Virus record (IMG/VR): IMGVR_UViG_3300007747_000008
Span: 109,828 to 173,827 of that record
Direction: 5' to 3' (one strand)
Source of the DNA: a virus
Taxonomy: Duplodnaviria; Heunggongvirae; Uroviricota; Caudoviricetes
Length of the DNA stretch: 64,000 bases
Part shown: positions 40,807-50,827 of the stretch, piece by piece
Position numbering within the stretch: position 1 is the stretch's first letter
How the letters are laid out: each line of letters begins with the position of its first letter
Notes under the pieces: model-generated
The model's input: the letters and a program-made list of their open reading frames with translations, nothing else
Databases searched by the model: none
Told to the model about the DNA's origin: nothing
Program-made: the position numbers and the translations under genes

Positions 40807-42069
40807 ATGGGAAGTTTTAACGCATCATGTGCAGTAAGTAAGTGTAGCATTAATCCCGGCGATCGAGTAAAATTAATCCCTATTGTAAGTCGAACATCTA
40901 TTCATCCAGATTTTGACAGCACTATGCATTTGGGTTTTGGGTGCTATACATACGATTATTTTCAATTCTTGGGATATCCTATGGATGCAACATATGCAGA
41001 TTATGGAAATTTTGAGATTGTTGAGAATGATGTTTCCGAATACAATCTAAGTATTATCAAGAAAAATTACACACAATCCATTCCACCAGAAGATGAAGAC
41101 GTTTCCTCGTATGACCGTAATGGTTATAATACAACAGCTAATGATCTTAATTGGGAAGTTATTGGTAATATGATTCATTTCGGCTCACTATTTTTAGATA
41201 GCTCTAAAGATATGACTAAGCGTAAATTTTTGGGATATTTCCCAGTGCATGAATCAGTCTATAACTTATTCATGGAATGCACCCCTGCGATGTATTTTGA
41301 CGAATCATACACAAATGTTCCATTTGTGAAGTATCTAAAAAAACAAATGGAAAAATATATTGGTGTACCAGATGAATTTGAAGCTGATATTACCAAATAC
41401 ATGGACCTTTATTCCAGTAAAATTGGGACTGTTAACAAATCTGGTGTTGTTGTTACGCCCGAAGACATATATGATCGTGCAGTAGCTATGGCTGAATATC
41501 GCCAAGAAAGCAACGACGAACGAAAAGATTACTCATATTCCAATAGTTCTAACGTCAAAAAAATATGTAAATTCCGTGAATTGGAATTGAAAAAAGAAAT
41601 TGATGAAGAATTTCTTCGTAGTGTCGTTTCACTTGATGCTGAATTATCATTCTTGATTATGGGGTTGTCAGCCTACAATATTCCAATTCTACCACCAATG
41701 ACTGCTGGACAAGAGTATGATAAAACTGACCACGCCGCTTTTCTAATCCGAATGGGTCAGGAAATGATGAACTTGCAAAAAACTGATAATAAAGAAAATT
41801 ACGATGAAGATGAATTAGTACTTAAACCTGTAATTAAAAATTATTTTGAAGTTTCCATGTCAGGATTAGTTACTGGTGCAAAAAATGACTGGAAACCTGA
41901 ACGCGGTAAAGAAAATCTAGTATTGATTGAAAAGTTTATTGCTGAGTACCCAGAAGGTGTATACCTAACAATGGATGAATTACAAAAGAGTGGTTATATT
42001 TCTATTCTTTCTGGTGTTGAATCAACTATGCTTGATTTTCTTTTCATTAATGATACAGTTAAGGAATAA
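40807..42069 (+). CDS. Hypothetical protein (420 aa)
   Basis: ORF. The six-frame start at 40705 lies inside the tRNA, so the ATG at 40807 is used. Confidence 0.55.
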   Translation: MGSFNASCAVSKCSINPGDRVKLIPIVSRTSIHPDFDSTMHLGFGCYTYDYFQFLGYPMDATYADYGNFEIVENDVSEYNLSIIKKNYTQSIPPEDEDVSSYDRNGYNTTANDLNWEVIGNMIHFGSLFLDSSKDMTKRKFLGYFPVHESVYNLFMECTPAMYFDESYTNVPFVKYLKKQMEKYIGVPDEFEADITKYMDLYSSKIGTVNKSGVVVTPEDIYDRAVAMAEYRQESNDERKDYSYSNSSNVKKICKFRELELKKEIDEEFLRSVVSLDAELSFLIMGLSAYNIPILPPMTAGQEYDKTDHAAFLIRMGQEMMNLQKTDNKENYDEDELVLKPVIKNYFEVSMSGLVTGAKNDWKPERGKENLVLIEKFIAEYPEGVYLTMDELQKSGYISILSGVESTMLDFLFINDTVKE

Positions 42070-42071
42070 TT

Positions 42072-42437
42072 ATGACTGTAGCAGAAATGATAGCAGTACT
42101 CAACGGTATGCCCCAAGATTGGGAAGTAGTTATTCCAGTACAAACAACATTTGAATCTATTGGGTGTACACCTTCAAGTCCAATTTCATCAGTCGTTGCA
42201 GGATTTGATTGGGATAATGGCTATGTACACTTGAATAGCAATGATAATATTATTAGGTTCAGTGATGAGCAAATGGTCGAATTTAATCTTATGCTAAATA
42301 CTGCACGTAAAACTCGCAGAGCAGCATGGGATACCTTAAAGGCTCGTGGATTGACTTACGATGAAATGTTAAAAGAAGATACGGAGAAAAATGTTCACGC
42401 ATTATTTCGTGCAACTAAAAGGAAAAATGATGATTAA
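42072..42437 (+). CDS. Hypothetical protein
   Basis: ORF. Confidence 0.5.
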   Translation: MTVAEMIAVLNGMPQDWEVVIPVQTTFESIGCTPSSPISSVVAGFDWDNGYVHLNSNDNIIRFSDEQMVEFNLMLNTARKTRRAAWDTLKARGLTYDEMLKEDTEKNVHALFRATKRKNDD

Positions 42438-42975
42438 AGATATTCAACAACTAATTACACAAATTACTGATTTTCTATCTGACAAAGATGGTTTCGGTAC
42501 TGAAGTATCCGAGAACGGTTGTGTTGTAAAAGTGACAAACGCTGACAGTACTGAAATCCAGTACGATGGTTATGAGTTACTTTTGTACACTCTAAGTACT
42601 CGCAAGTTGGGTCATGATATTGATCTTAATATCCATGAAACAGAAAATGGTAAAGTATTTGCTATTAACACTGAAGCTTCATTGGAACTACGTGATTACA
42701 TGACACAGATCAATACTGATTTGGCTACTAAAGACCACGGTGATGATGTACTAAGTGTTGTGGTGTGTGATCAGACTAGTGAAAAGCCACATCCATATTG
42801 TGTTTTAACTTTATTCAAAAATGGTAATTGGTTGCGTCAGGATTTGACTATGGCTGAGATCTTATATGCTGCAACGCACGAATTGGTCATTGAGAAAGAA
42901 GAAAATGCATACGTGTACACAAAACTTCGTGTACTAGCTAAACAAGTGATTGACGAAATTCAAGAAATTAAATAA
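42427..42975 (+). CDS. Hypothetical protein
   Basis: ORF with an AAAGGAAAA Shine-Dalgarno before ATGATG. Confidence 0.5.
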   Translation: MMIKDIQQLITQITDFLSDKDGFGTEVSENGCVVKVTNADSTEIQYDGYELLLYTLSTRKLGHDIDLNIHETENGKVFAINTEASLELRDYMTQINTDLATKDHGDDVLSVVVCDQTSEKPHPYCVLTLFKNGNWLRQDLTMAEILYAATHELVIEKEENAYVYTKLRVLAKQVIDEIQEIK

Positions 42976-42980
42976 TTCTT

Positions 42981-43009
42981 GGGACAAATCACTGATTATG
43001 TGATATAAT
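42981..43009 (+). promoter_or_regulatory. GGGACA-N17-TGTGATATAAT promoter upstream of tRNA-Thr
   Basis: GGGACA at 42981 and TATAAT at 43004-43009. Confidence 0.55.
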
Positions 43010-43050
43010 ATAAGTATGACAGGACAAACATTTTTTATTCCTGTCATAAT

Positions 43051-43124
43051 GCTGACGTGGCTCAATTGGTACAGCACCTCACTTGTAATGAGGCATTTTG
43101 TGGGTTCAAGTCCTACCGTTAGCA
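43051..43124 (+). tRNA. tRNA-Thr (anticodon TGT)
   Basis: Acceptor GCTGACG/CGTTAGC, anticodon arm CCTCA-CTTGTAA-TGAGG, T-loop TTCAAGT. Confidence 0.8.
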
Positions 43125-43249
43125 CCGATTAGTTTTATCCCTTTGCTGTTTAAATTTCTCCATTTTCTTTAAACAGTGTTTTTCCTATAAATTGTTATTG
43201 ACTTTCGCCCGTACATGTTGTAAAATATGAACGGGCATTCTTTTGGAGA

Positions 43250-43441
43250 TTGAATATGTCAAACATCGTTAAAAAGTGGTTAGTTGGTTTTGTACTTGTA
43301 GTATACGTGTTATTCGTGTTATTAAACGCGGTTCCGGGAATGATATCTGCACCAGATACTATTCTAAACTTATTTGGTTTCGCTATTCTAGTGTTTAGCA
43401 TTCCATCAATCTATGTAATTATTAAAAGGGTATACAAATAA
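43250..43441 (+). CDS. Small membrane protein
   Basis: Two hydrophobic helices. Confidence 0.4.
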   Translation: MNMSNIVKKWLVGFVLVVYVLFVLLNAVPGMISAPDTILNLFGFAILVFSIPSIYVIIKRVYK

Positions 43442-43442
43442 A

Positions 43443-44282
43443 ATGATGAAGAAAATTCTACTAGCAGTTGGTATTGTACTTGGTTCTCTAGCACTATCAG
43501 GTTGTGACCGCGTTGAACCGGGCTATGTTGGTATTAAAGTTAACAAGCTAGGTGATGACAAGGGTGTTGGTGAAGTCGTCGGTGTAGGTCGTGTATGGAC
43601 TGGTATTAACACTGATTTGTATGTGTTCCCAATGTTCAAACAAATGAAGTCATATGACGAAGCATTTACATTCCAAATGCGTGATGGTACTACCATCGGT
43701 CATAAGATTGGTGTCTCATACAAAGTTGACCCAACTAAAGTAACTACCGTATTCCAGACCTACCGTAAGGGTGTTGATGATATCACTGATACTGATTTGC
43801 GTCAGAAAATTAGTGACTCACTAAACCGCCTTGCAAGTAAAATGAATACCGACGAGTTTATTGATGGTGGTAAATCCACACTACTTGATGAAGCACTACG
43901 TGATTTACAAAGTGAAATGAATCCAATTGGTATTCAAATTATTAGTCTATCATGGATGGGTAAACCAGAGTACCCAACCAGTGTAATTGAATCAATCAAT
44001 GCTAAAGTAACTGCTAATCAAAAAACACTACAACGTCTTCAAGAAGTTGAACAGCGTAAAGCAGAAGCAAACATGGCTCGTGAACAAGCAAACGGTGAAG
44101 CAGACGCTAAACTACGTCTAGCAGAAGCAGAAGCACAAAGTATTGTCAAGCGTGGTGAAGCACTACGTGCTAATCCTGAAGTACTACAGCTTGAAGCTAT
44201 CAACCGTTGGAATGGGGTACTACCACAGTACATGGCAAGTGGTTCACAAACACCACTAGTTACTATCCCTGCTGGTAAGTAA
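43443..44282 (+). CDS. SPFH/band-7 (prohibitin/HflK-like) domain lipoprotein
   Basis: Signal peptide with lipobox LSGC. SPFH-like core followed by an Ala/Glu-rich coiled-coil tail (AEAEAQ...). Confidence 0.65.
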   Translation: MMKKILLAVGIVLGSLALSGCDRVEPGYVGIKVNKLGDDKGVGEVVGVGRVWTGINTDLYVFPMFKQMKSYDEAFTFQMRDGTTIGHKIGVSYKVDPTKVTTVFQTYRKGVDDITDTDLRQKISDSLNRLASKMNTDEFIDGGKSTLLDEALRDLQSEMNPIGIQIISLSWMGKPEYPTSVIESINAKVTANQKTLQRLQEVEQRKAEANMAREQANGEADAKLRLAEAEAQSIVKRGEALRANPEVLQLEAINRWNGVLPQYMASGSQTPLVTIPAGK

Positions 44283-44297
44283 TATCCATAGATCTAA

Positions 44298-44326
44298 GCT
44301 CCCTCAGTCGAGGGGGCTTTTCTTTT
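44298..44326 (+). terminator. Rho-independent terminator
   Basis: GCTCCCTC-AGTC-GAGGGGGC followed by TTTTCTTTT. Confidence 0.55.
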
Positions 44327-44349
44327 AAGTTTAGTTTGAGGATATACAA

Positions 44350-44751
44350 ATGCTTAACTTTGAAATGTTTCTGAATGTATTGAAGACTAATCCTACTACA
44401 ATTGATAATTATTCCCCATCAGTTACTATATTTTCTGTTGGAATTAACACCTTTATTAAAATGTGGGATTCTGGTAAACTTGTAATAGAACTTCCAAATT
44501 CAGCAGATGTTCAGCGTTATACATTAACTTATGACCCGTGTATGGACTGGATGATTTACGATGAAATTAAAATGGTAGTCCATTACGATGGTTCTTGCTA
44601 TTCAAAACATAATAGGACATACTTTAAAAAACTTAGTATCAAAAAACCTGATTACTTATCAGAGAAATCATTATTGGAATTTACTACTTTATATGAGATT
44701 ATCGCTTTAGATCTCAAAATGGCAAACTATGGAAACGAAAACCAAATATAA
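44350..44751 (+). CDS. Hypothetical protein
   Basis: ORF. Confidence 0.45.
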   Translation: MLNFEMFLNVLKTNPTTIDNYSPSVTIFSVGINTFIKMWDSGKLVIELPNSADVQRYTLTYDPCMDWMIYDEIKMVVHYDGSCYSKHNRTYFKKLSIKKPDYLSEKSLLEFTTLYEIIALDLKMANYGNENQI

Positions 44752-45163
44752 AAAATACACAGAGCAGCTATACCAATATAGTTCAACTCTCATAGCCGAA
44801 GTTTCATGTACCAGAAAAACATTTAAATCAATATATGAAACCGGAAACAAAATAATTTATGAAGACGAACACCAAAGAACTGTAGAATTGAGTACTTGTG
44901 AAATGGTTCTTAAACATGATAATGTATCGATTTATTATAGAGACAATATAATTCAATTTTGTGCAAATAAAATATCGTATATACATGACGTGATCTATAT
45001 TCCAAATAATCAAGATTTTTCTTTTTTCTCAATCGGTTCTGAAGGTGAGTTGTTTCAATTAAGTACAATAATCGATATTAAACTAATCAAGTTTGAAGAT
45101 GTTGTTAAATTGAATAATATAAAAGAGTATTTTGAATATAGATTTTTAGAAAATAACACTTGA
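44729..45163 (+). CDS. Member of the E-x-FFQ-x-S family
   Basis: GSEGELFQLSTIIDIK. Confidence 0.45.
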   Translation: METKTKYKKYTEQLYQYSSTLIAEVSCTRKTFKSIYETGNKIIYEDEHQRTVELSTCEMVLKHDNVSIYYRDNIIQFCANKISYIHDVIYIPNNQDFSFFSIGSEGELFQLSTIIDIKLIKFEDVVKLNNIKEYFEYRFLENNT

Positions 45164-45214
45164 TTTTATTCATACGTTGTACTATAATGTAAAAAAACAC
45201 AAAGGAATTTTAAT

Positions 45215-45649
45215 ATGAGTGTAAAGAATGTAATTGCTCAATTTAGTAAAATAGACAAATCAGTTTGGAAATTATTTCGCAGTAAGACTTCAAGATCAAT
45301 TTGGTTTGACAGCGATACTCGCTGTAAAGTAAACATTGACTTCATCGAAGAATACTGTATTCGTTTTTACATGTTTCCAGAATTACAAGATGTAGAGGGT
45401 TATAACTATCGTATTTTCATGAGCGACGATTTAATTACCGTTTCTATATATACTGCAAATCCAACAGTGGACTCTACCAGTACTGATTATGACATTCCAT
45501 TATATAATGTACTTACTGAGGAATCATTCTTTCAAGAAAGCTTGATTTCAAATTTTGGTGATATTGATTTTGAAGATTTGAAAGTATTGAGTTCCTTGCG
45601 TGAACAATTTATTGAATTATACAGTGAGAACATTATTAATGCCAATTAG
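45215..45649 (+). CDS. Member of the E-x-FFQ-x-S family
   Basis: EESFFQESLISNFGDIDFEDLKVL. Confidence 0.5.
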   Translation: MSVKNVIAQFSKIDKSVWKLFRSKTSRSIWFDSDTRCKVNIDFIEEYCIRFYMFPELQDVEGYNYRIFMSDDLITVSIYTANPTVDSTSTDYDIPLYNVLTEESFFQESLISNFGDIDFEDLKVLSSLREQFIELYSENIINAN

Positions 45650-46169
45650 AAGAATTCCAGATACTGCATCAGAATTATTAAAGAATATTTCTTTTGAAAC
45701 TATGTCAAGAACTACAAATAGTTCTGGTATCTATTATTATCGTGATCCAATTTATGATAGTTTGCGGATCATTTTTAATACTAAAGCTAAATCAATCACA
45801 TTCAAGCGTGAGTTGAGCATCACTGGTGGTAAACGCAATGAAGCATTGATTTACGATTTTGATAATATGACATTAACAAAAACATTCCAAGAACCATCAT
45901 TTCACCTTGACTCGATGAAGTTTATGGAGTATCCTTTTTGTTCAGAAGAAGAACAGCATTTTATGGAAAGTACAATACAAAATAATTACTTCCCTTCGTA
46001 CCAAGACTTTGTTAAAATGGAAACTCTTAAAACCCAATTTATGAAGGATGTTTACTCGTGGATATCAGAAACAAGACAGAAGAAGAAGGAACGCAGACTC
46101 GCACAGTTGGACAGCTTTCGCCAGAAAGGACTTCATTGGACATCAAAGGCAAAGCGTATATCCTCCTAA
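45639..46169 (+). CDS. Hypothetical protein
   Basis: ORF. Confidence 0.45.
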   Translation: MPIRRIPDTASELLKNISFETMSRTTNSSGIYYYRDPIYDSLRIIFNTKAKSITFKRELSITGGKRNEALIYDFDNMTLTKTFQEPSFHLDSMKFMEYPFCSEEEQHFMESTIQNNYFPSYQDFVKMETLKTQFMKDVYSWISETRQKKKERRLAQLDSFRQKGLHWTSKAKRISS

Positions 46170-46498
46170 GAAAGGATTTAAATATGCCTGAAGGTAAGCT
46201 AGCTGTTCAGGTAGGCCACGCGATGGATCAGGTATGGATGTACAAACAGAGTTGTACTGAACAGCAAGAAGAAGAATTTAATTTATGGTATAACTCGGGA
46301 CGTCGGAAAATCCTCTTGCGGTTGAATGATGAATCTGATATGATTAAGATCAAGTCCAAACTACAAGCTGAAGGTGCTGTTGTATTTGATATTTTTGATA
46401 ATGGTATCAATTTCTTTGACGGCTTAACTTATACTGGTCTGGTGGTATTTCCATCAGTAACTGAAATCAAAGCATTAAAACGTGTGAGGGTATATTAA
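46136..46498 (+). CDS. PTH2-family peptidyl-tRNA hydrolase-like protein
   Basis: AYILLRKDLNMPEGKLAVQVGHA matches the PTH2 signature (..VVR.DL.M.KGK.AAQ.SHA). Start placed at the TTG at 46136 preceded by AAAGGA. An alternative GTG start at 46058 overlaps the upstream gene by about 110 nt. Confidence 0.55.
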   Translation: MDIKGKAYILLRKDLNMPEGKLAVQVGHAMDQVWMYKQSCTEQQEEEFNLWYNSGRRKILLRLNDESDMIKIKSKLQAEGAVVFDIFDNGINFFDGLTYTGLVVFPSVTEIKALKRVRVY

Positions 46499-46875
46499 TG
46501 AGACTTGAACGCTGTGGTGGATTCTTTTTATGGGTATTAATTATTGTATGGATTTTGGGCAATACTGCACATTATATGATTACTGTTAAAGAACCCAATA
46601 AAGAATTAATCAAACAAGCAGAACGTGAAAATCGTTCATTTGAACCACAACATAATAATAGTGGTATGTATGCTGATGTACTAAGTAAGATCAAAAGTTG
46701 TGATCTTAATGTTGACGAAGCTACTCGTGATAAATTCTATAGCTGCCCGACTGGTGAAAAAATTACACAAATTAACTGGACTCGTGAACAAGGTAAACGC
46801 AAAGGCGTAGTAACTCGCTATTACGATGCTAAAGGTGACTTACGTTTGATCTATGGTCATCCAGATGACAAATAG
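46498..46875 (+). CDS. Membrane-anchored protein
   Basis: N-terminal hydrophobic helix. Confidence 0.45.
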   Translation: MRLERCGGFFLWVLIIVWILGNTAHYMITVKEPNKELIKQAERENRSFEPQHNNSGMYADVLSKIKSCDLNVDEATRDKFYSCPTGEKITQINWTREQGKRKGVVTRYYDAKGDLRLIYGHPDDK

Positions 46876-46884
46876 GATACAATA

Positions 46885-47163
46885 ATGTTTAAAATAATTT
46901 ACAGCAATAGTAAAAATATTGCAGGGGTTATCCCCTTACCAGCCCAAGTTATGGTTAAAACTACCCAAGGGTATAAAGAACTAGATTTGTACCAACGTAC
47001 CAGTACTGGTCATGTGTACGCCAAGAATGGTTCATACTACATCTCTCTTATGAGAACCGGGCTTACCGGTAATTCAAAAATTACATGGGTAGAGCTTGAC
47101 GGAATTGAAGAAATATACGATACTAGCTATCTTAAATATGAGTTCAAAAACGCAGAGGAATAA
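46885..47163 (+). CDS. Hypothetical small protein
   Basis: ORF. Confidence 0.4.
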   Translation: MFKIIYSNSKNIAGVIPLPAQVMVKTTQGYKELDLYQRTSTGHVYAKNGSYYISLMRTGLTGNSKITWVELDGIEEIYDTSYLKYEFKNAEE

Positions 47164-47166
47164 ATT

Positions 47167-47418
47167 TTGGCAAACGTTGTTCGTGGTCGTAAAATGCAAA
47201 ATGTTGATGAAATCCGCCACCTGAAGGGTTATCGGTTTATTTTCCAACAATTGTGTGCTGGTGTTCATATGACTGTAGTAACTGAAACTCTTCAGGAACC
47301 TGAAATAGTATTCGGTACTTATGCTAAAGTATTCAATATTTACATGCGTCGTGGACAACTTGATCTAATAACTATTGCCGAAGCTCCTGATGATCTAGAG
47401 AACTATTTCTTCTTATGA
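47167..47418 (+). CDS. Hypothetical small protein
   Basis: ORF. Confidence 0.4.
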   Translation: MANVVRGRKMQNVDEIRHLKGYRFIFQQLCAGVHMTVVTETLQEPEIVFGTYAKVFNIYMRRGQLDLITIAEAPDDLENYFFL

Positions 47419-47543
47419 AAATTACAAAAAGTACTAAATCATATTTTAGTGATTTGATATTAGAAGATTTACAGTTGATTAGACAGATTTTTAACAAGTA
47501 CCATCGCAAGGTGAGGTATGGAAAATGAAAGAACCCCTAGATC

Positions 47544-47849
47544 GTGATGATGATTATCTTGATGAACGCTATGGAGATGAAGATGCGTGATATTTCTAAG
47601 ATTTTGAGCAGTATCTGTGAGAACCTACCTGATGGTGATTTGACTATCACTGATGCAGAGTACTATGCATGGAAAGAGCGTTTTGACGATCTCAAAGAAC
47701 ATGAAAAGGTGTTTGAGATTGTAGGATCACTATCCCAGTACTTGACCAGTGGTTGCAGAGCATCAGCATCAATTTTTGCATCAGCACTTACATGTACTGC
47801 ACGTTGGTGCAACGAAAAAGATAATGAAGACTTTCTAAACAATATGTAG
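47544..47849 (+). CDS. Hypothetical small protein
   Basis: ORF. Confidence 0.4.
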   Translation: MMMIILMNAMEMKMRDISKILSSICENLPDGDLTITDAEYYAWKERFDDLKEHEKVFEIVGSLSQYLTSGCRASASIFASALTCTARWCNEKDNEDFLNNM

Positions 47850-47856
47850 GAAAACT

Positions 47857-48315
47857 ATGAAAATACTAACACTACTAGAAGTTGTTCAAAAATCAAACGA
47901 ATATTTGGATTCAAATCCTATTGGAAAACGCGGAACAAAAGTTGTTGAAGTAATAGATAGGATCATCAATCCTTCTGGTAATGGGTATAATAATTTACTA
48001 GAAACATTCATTTATGACCGGTTTGTTCAAATAAAAATATATGATAATGATAATCTTATTGAATATCAATTGATAATGCGACCGTGGGATAATGCTTTCC
48101 AACTTAACACTTGGTTTGATGGAAAAAAACCTGAGTGCAAGTATGCACATGAGTCAGTTGGAATGAAATTTACAATTGACGAATCTGAGTTCTTCATGGA
48201 AAGTACTGTAACCGATATGAAAGATATTACTCTATCTGACATTAGGTCAGTAAAAGCACTTATGGATCGTTTTTATAAACATTTTAATGTAACCCCCGTG
48301 GATTGTGAGGTATAG
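47857..48315 (+). CDS. Member of the E-x-FFQ-x-S family (divergent)
   Basis: ESEFFMESTVTDMKDITLSDIRSV. Confidence 0.45.
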   Translation: MKILTLLEVVQKSNEYLDSNPIGKRGTKVVEVIDRIINPSGNGYNNLLETFIYDRFVQIKIYDNDNLIEYQLIMRPWDNAFQLNTWFDGKKPECKYAHESVGMKFTIDESEFFMESTVTDMKDITLSDIRSVKALMDRFYKHFNVTPVDCEV

Positions 48316-48712
48316 TTTTATGGAACCTTCTGAGTGGTTTAAGAAAGCAATGGAACATATTGACAAAATGGATCCACGCGAACTTCATAAGGGTATCTTT
48401 GGATACTACCCTGAAGAATATGAAGAATATATTAATAACAAAAAGTATGAATCGGAAATCCAATACTTTATTGATATTATGAATACGCGTTCCTGTTCGG
48501 AAATTGAATTATATTGTGATGATTCTATAAAAAATCCAAGTAAATTCTTTCTTTCTTACGTACGTGAACATGGTAAAGAAGGAACCGACCCATCATTTTG
48601 GAATGGTTGGGGTGCTGATTACTTAGATTTACCTGAATATAATTTTCGGTACTTATGGATAAACGGACAAGGCACTGTACACTATTTTCAACATATTGGA
48701 GTAACATCATGA
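48305..48712 (+). CDS. Hypothetical protein
   Basis: ORF. Confidence 0.45.
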   Translation: MRYSFMEPSEWFKKAMEHIDKMDPRELHKGIFGYYPEEYEEYINNKKYESEIQYFIDIMNTRSCSEIELYCDDSIKNPSKFFLSYVREHGKEGTDPSFWNGWGADYLDLPEYNFRYLWINGQGTVHYFQHIGVTS

Positions 48713-49071
48713 AAAAACATGAACAACATATCCATGATTACGTTGAGCATAAGATGAGAAAACTTTTGAATGGAAGAACAATTCACGAAATTAAAAGTGA
48801 AAGTGTAGCTATTGAAAAACGCAGATCTGATGCTTTTTTTGCTACACAGCCTAATGAGGGTGAGCGTGTATACTTCAGAAGTATTAATGCCAGTACTGGT
48901 AAAGTCTTTACTGGATACGGAACTGTTACACGTGTGCGGTTAAAAGAGGCAACAATTCAATACGCATTGTATGAAATTGAATCTGATAGTAATGGTACAT
49001 TTGAAGCTTATATGAATCACCCAGATGAAAACAAACAAGGAGAGTTCATTCGTCATGTCAACGCAAAATAG
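48709..49071 (+). CDS. Hypothetical protein
   Basis: ORF with an ATGA overlap. Confidence 0.45.
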   Translation: MKKHEQHIHDYVEHKMRKLLNGRTIHEIKSESVAIEKRRSDAFFATQPNEGERVYFRSINASTGKVFTGYGTVTRVRLKEATIQYALYEIESDSNGTFEAYMNHPDENKQGEFIRHVNAK

Positions 49072-49229
49072 ATTCTTCGTTGGGATCAACACATTAACAA
49101 ACGATATTATTCCCGATACAATGTTTAAGCATTCATCTGATACGATAGATGCAATGAAAAATCTATATGGTGATAGTTGGGATACCACAAAGACTTATTT
49201 GTCTATAGCAGAATGTGAGGTAGTATTGA

Positions 49230-49562
49230 ATGACGAAAGTAAAAATTAAAGGTACTTTAACTGATGTTCGGGTAGTTGATGTTGAATTATTCCCATCTGA
49301 TTTGGTTAGAAATGCACTTCCACATATGACAATTGTGGATATAGAAACAGTATTAAAAAACTTACTAGAAGCAAAATTCAGAGAAAATGATCCTAGCATT
49401 CCAAAAAATGCCACAATTGATTGGCACTGGCAACGTTGGGAGAAATATTCATTCACTGATTATCATAAAAACGATGACATTTATGACACCGTGCGTGATT
49501 TCAATGAAGAAGAAAAACAGTTCGTGATTTCAATGAATGCACTATTTCAAGTCTTCAAATAA
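49230..49562 (+). CDS. Hypothetical protein
   Basis: ORF. Confidence 0.45.
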   Translation: MTKVKIKGTLTDVRVVDVELFPSDLVRNALPHMTIVDIETVLKNLLEAKFRENDPSIPKNATIDWHWQRWEKYSFTDYHKNDDIYDTVRDFNEEEKQFVISMNALFQVFK

Positions 49563-49563
49563 A

Positions 49564-49587
49564 AACGCCACTTGATGGCGTTTATTT
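49564..49587 (+). terminator. Rho-independent terminator
   Basis: AACGCCA-CTTG-ATGGCGTT followed by TATTT. Confidence 0.5.
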
Positions 49588-49616
49588 GGGACAAAGTACT
49601 GAAAATATGATATAAT
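49588..49616 (+). promoter_or_regulatory. GGGACA-N17-TATGATATAAT promoter upstream of tRNA-Arg
   Basis: GGGACA at 49588 and TATAAT at 49611-49616. Confidence 0.5.
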
Positions 49617-49623
49617 AAAATAT

Positions 49624-49700
<77 letters not shown>

Positions 49701-49714
49701 ATTAAGGAAATGTT

Positions 49715-50188
49715 ATGAGTAACACAACTCCATTAAAACAGATTGCACAATTTTACGAGTACAAAGATCAGATTGTTGCTGAAATGGTGCAGCAAGCTCG
49801 AGTACAGTCCCAAAATAAATTAAGAGCATATACTAAAATTAGACCAAGAAAACCCAACTTATTATATTTCGGTTATAATGAAGGTCATAATAGATCGTAC
49901 TCAATTGAGTTGGAATACAAAAACATATTAATGTTATTTTATCACCAAACGAGTAAAGATGATACTAACGAAGTTGAATACTGCTTCGCTAGTGAGTGGA
50001 ATGAAGATGAAATAATGGCAGCGACCGATTCAGTACTAATATCCAAAGAACAAGATGAAGCTAGTTTATTCCAATTATCAGTGGTATCAGATATTGGGTT
50101 TTTAACATCAGAAATTCACAATGCGTTAATTGACTTCATTACCGTCATTGATAATGAAGTCACTAATAAAATTGAAAATATATCATGA
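49715..50188 (+). CDS. Member of the E-x-FFQ-x-S family
   Basis: EASLFQLSVVSDIGFLTSEIHNAL. Confidence 0.5.
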   Translation: MSNTTPLKQIAQFYEYKDQIVAEMVQQARVQSQNKLRAYTKIRPRKPNLLYFGYNEGHNRSYSIELEYKNILMLFYHQTSKDDTNEVEYCFASEWNEDEIMAATDSVLISKEQDEASLFQLSVVSDIGFLTSEIHNALIDFITVIDNEVTNKIENIS

Positions 50189-50807
50189 GACATGCAAATT
50201 GATCCAACGAAATAGAGTACTCAAGAATATAAAAACATTGGGTCGAGAGTTGGCTAATGAACATTATGGAAATGAAGCTGCATTTAATGCATTTGCTTAT
50301 TCTGGAATAACATATTTTAGTGAATGTGCATTCTTTGACGCAAAGAGTTTATTTACAATTAAACTAGACAACACAACTTATATTAATTTAAATAAAATTA
50401 TATTTGTAGATCCAGAAGACGGAATGGAGTTAGATAGTTATAATTATCGAAACATTTCTGAAGAAGAATATTTCCAACTAAGTACTATATACGATTTTGG
50501 TGATATGGAATATAGAGATATTAAATTTATATCTAACATTATAGATGAATTAACCCTGTACTCAAAAGAATCACTAAAACTTATTCAGCAAGCTGCCAAT
50601 GAACTTTCAAAACAAATGTCTAGGCAATTTGCTGAAGATATGACGAAAGAAATTGATCGCGGGATTATAACGCATCTGATTAATATGGCACCCACTGTAT
50701 CTAAACCTTCCAAGAAAACACGAACCCCTCCTTACAAACCACATACAGCAACAATGCCATATGGTTATGGGGTGGAAAGTTGGAAAATTAAAAAACATAA
50801 AAAATAA
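50154..50807 (+). CDS. Member of the E-x-FFQ-x-S family (longer, 218 aa)
   Basis: EEEYFQLSTIYDFGDMEYRDIKF. The start is uncertain and could be 50130. Confidence 0.5.
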   Translation: MKSLIKLKIYHETCKLIQRNRVLKNIKTLGRELANEHYGNEAAFNAFAYSGITYFSECAFFDAKSLFTIKLDNTTYINLNKIIFVDPEDGMELDSYNYRNISEEEYFQLSTIYDFGDMEYRDIKFISNIIDELTLYSKESLKLIQQAANELSKQMSRQFAEDMTKEIDRGIITHLINMAPTVSKPSKKTRTPPYKPHTATMPYGYGVESWKIKKHKK

Positions 50808-50827
50808 TATACTAATGGAACTATAAA

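Noticed and set aside
42934-43125. Minus-strand ORF overlapping tRNA-Thr.
   Set aside because: It overlaps a clean tRNA and a phage promoter, so it is a translation artefact.
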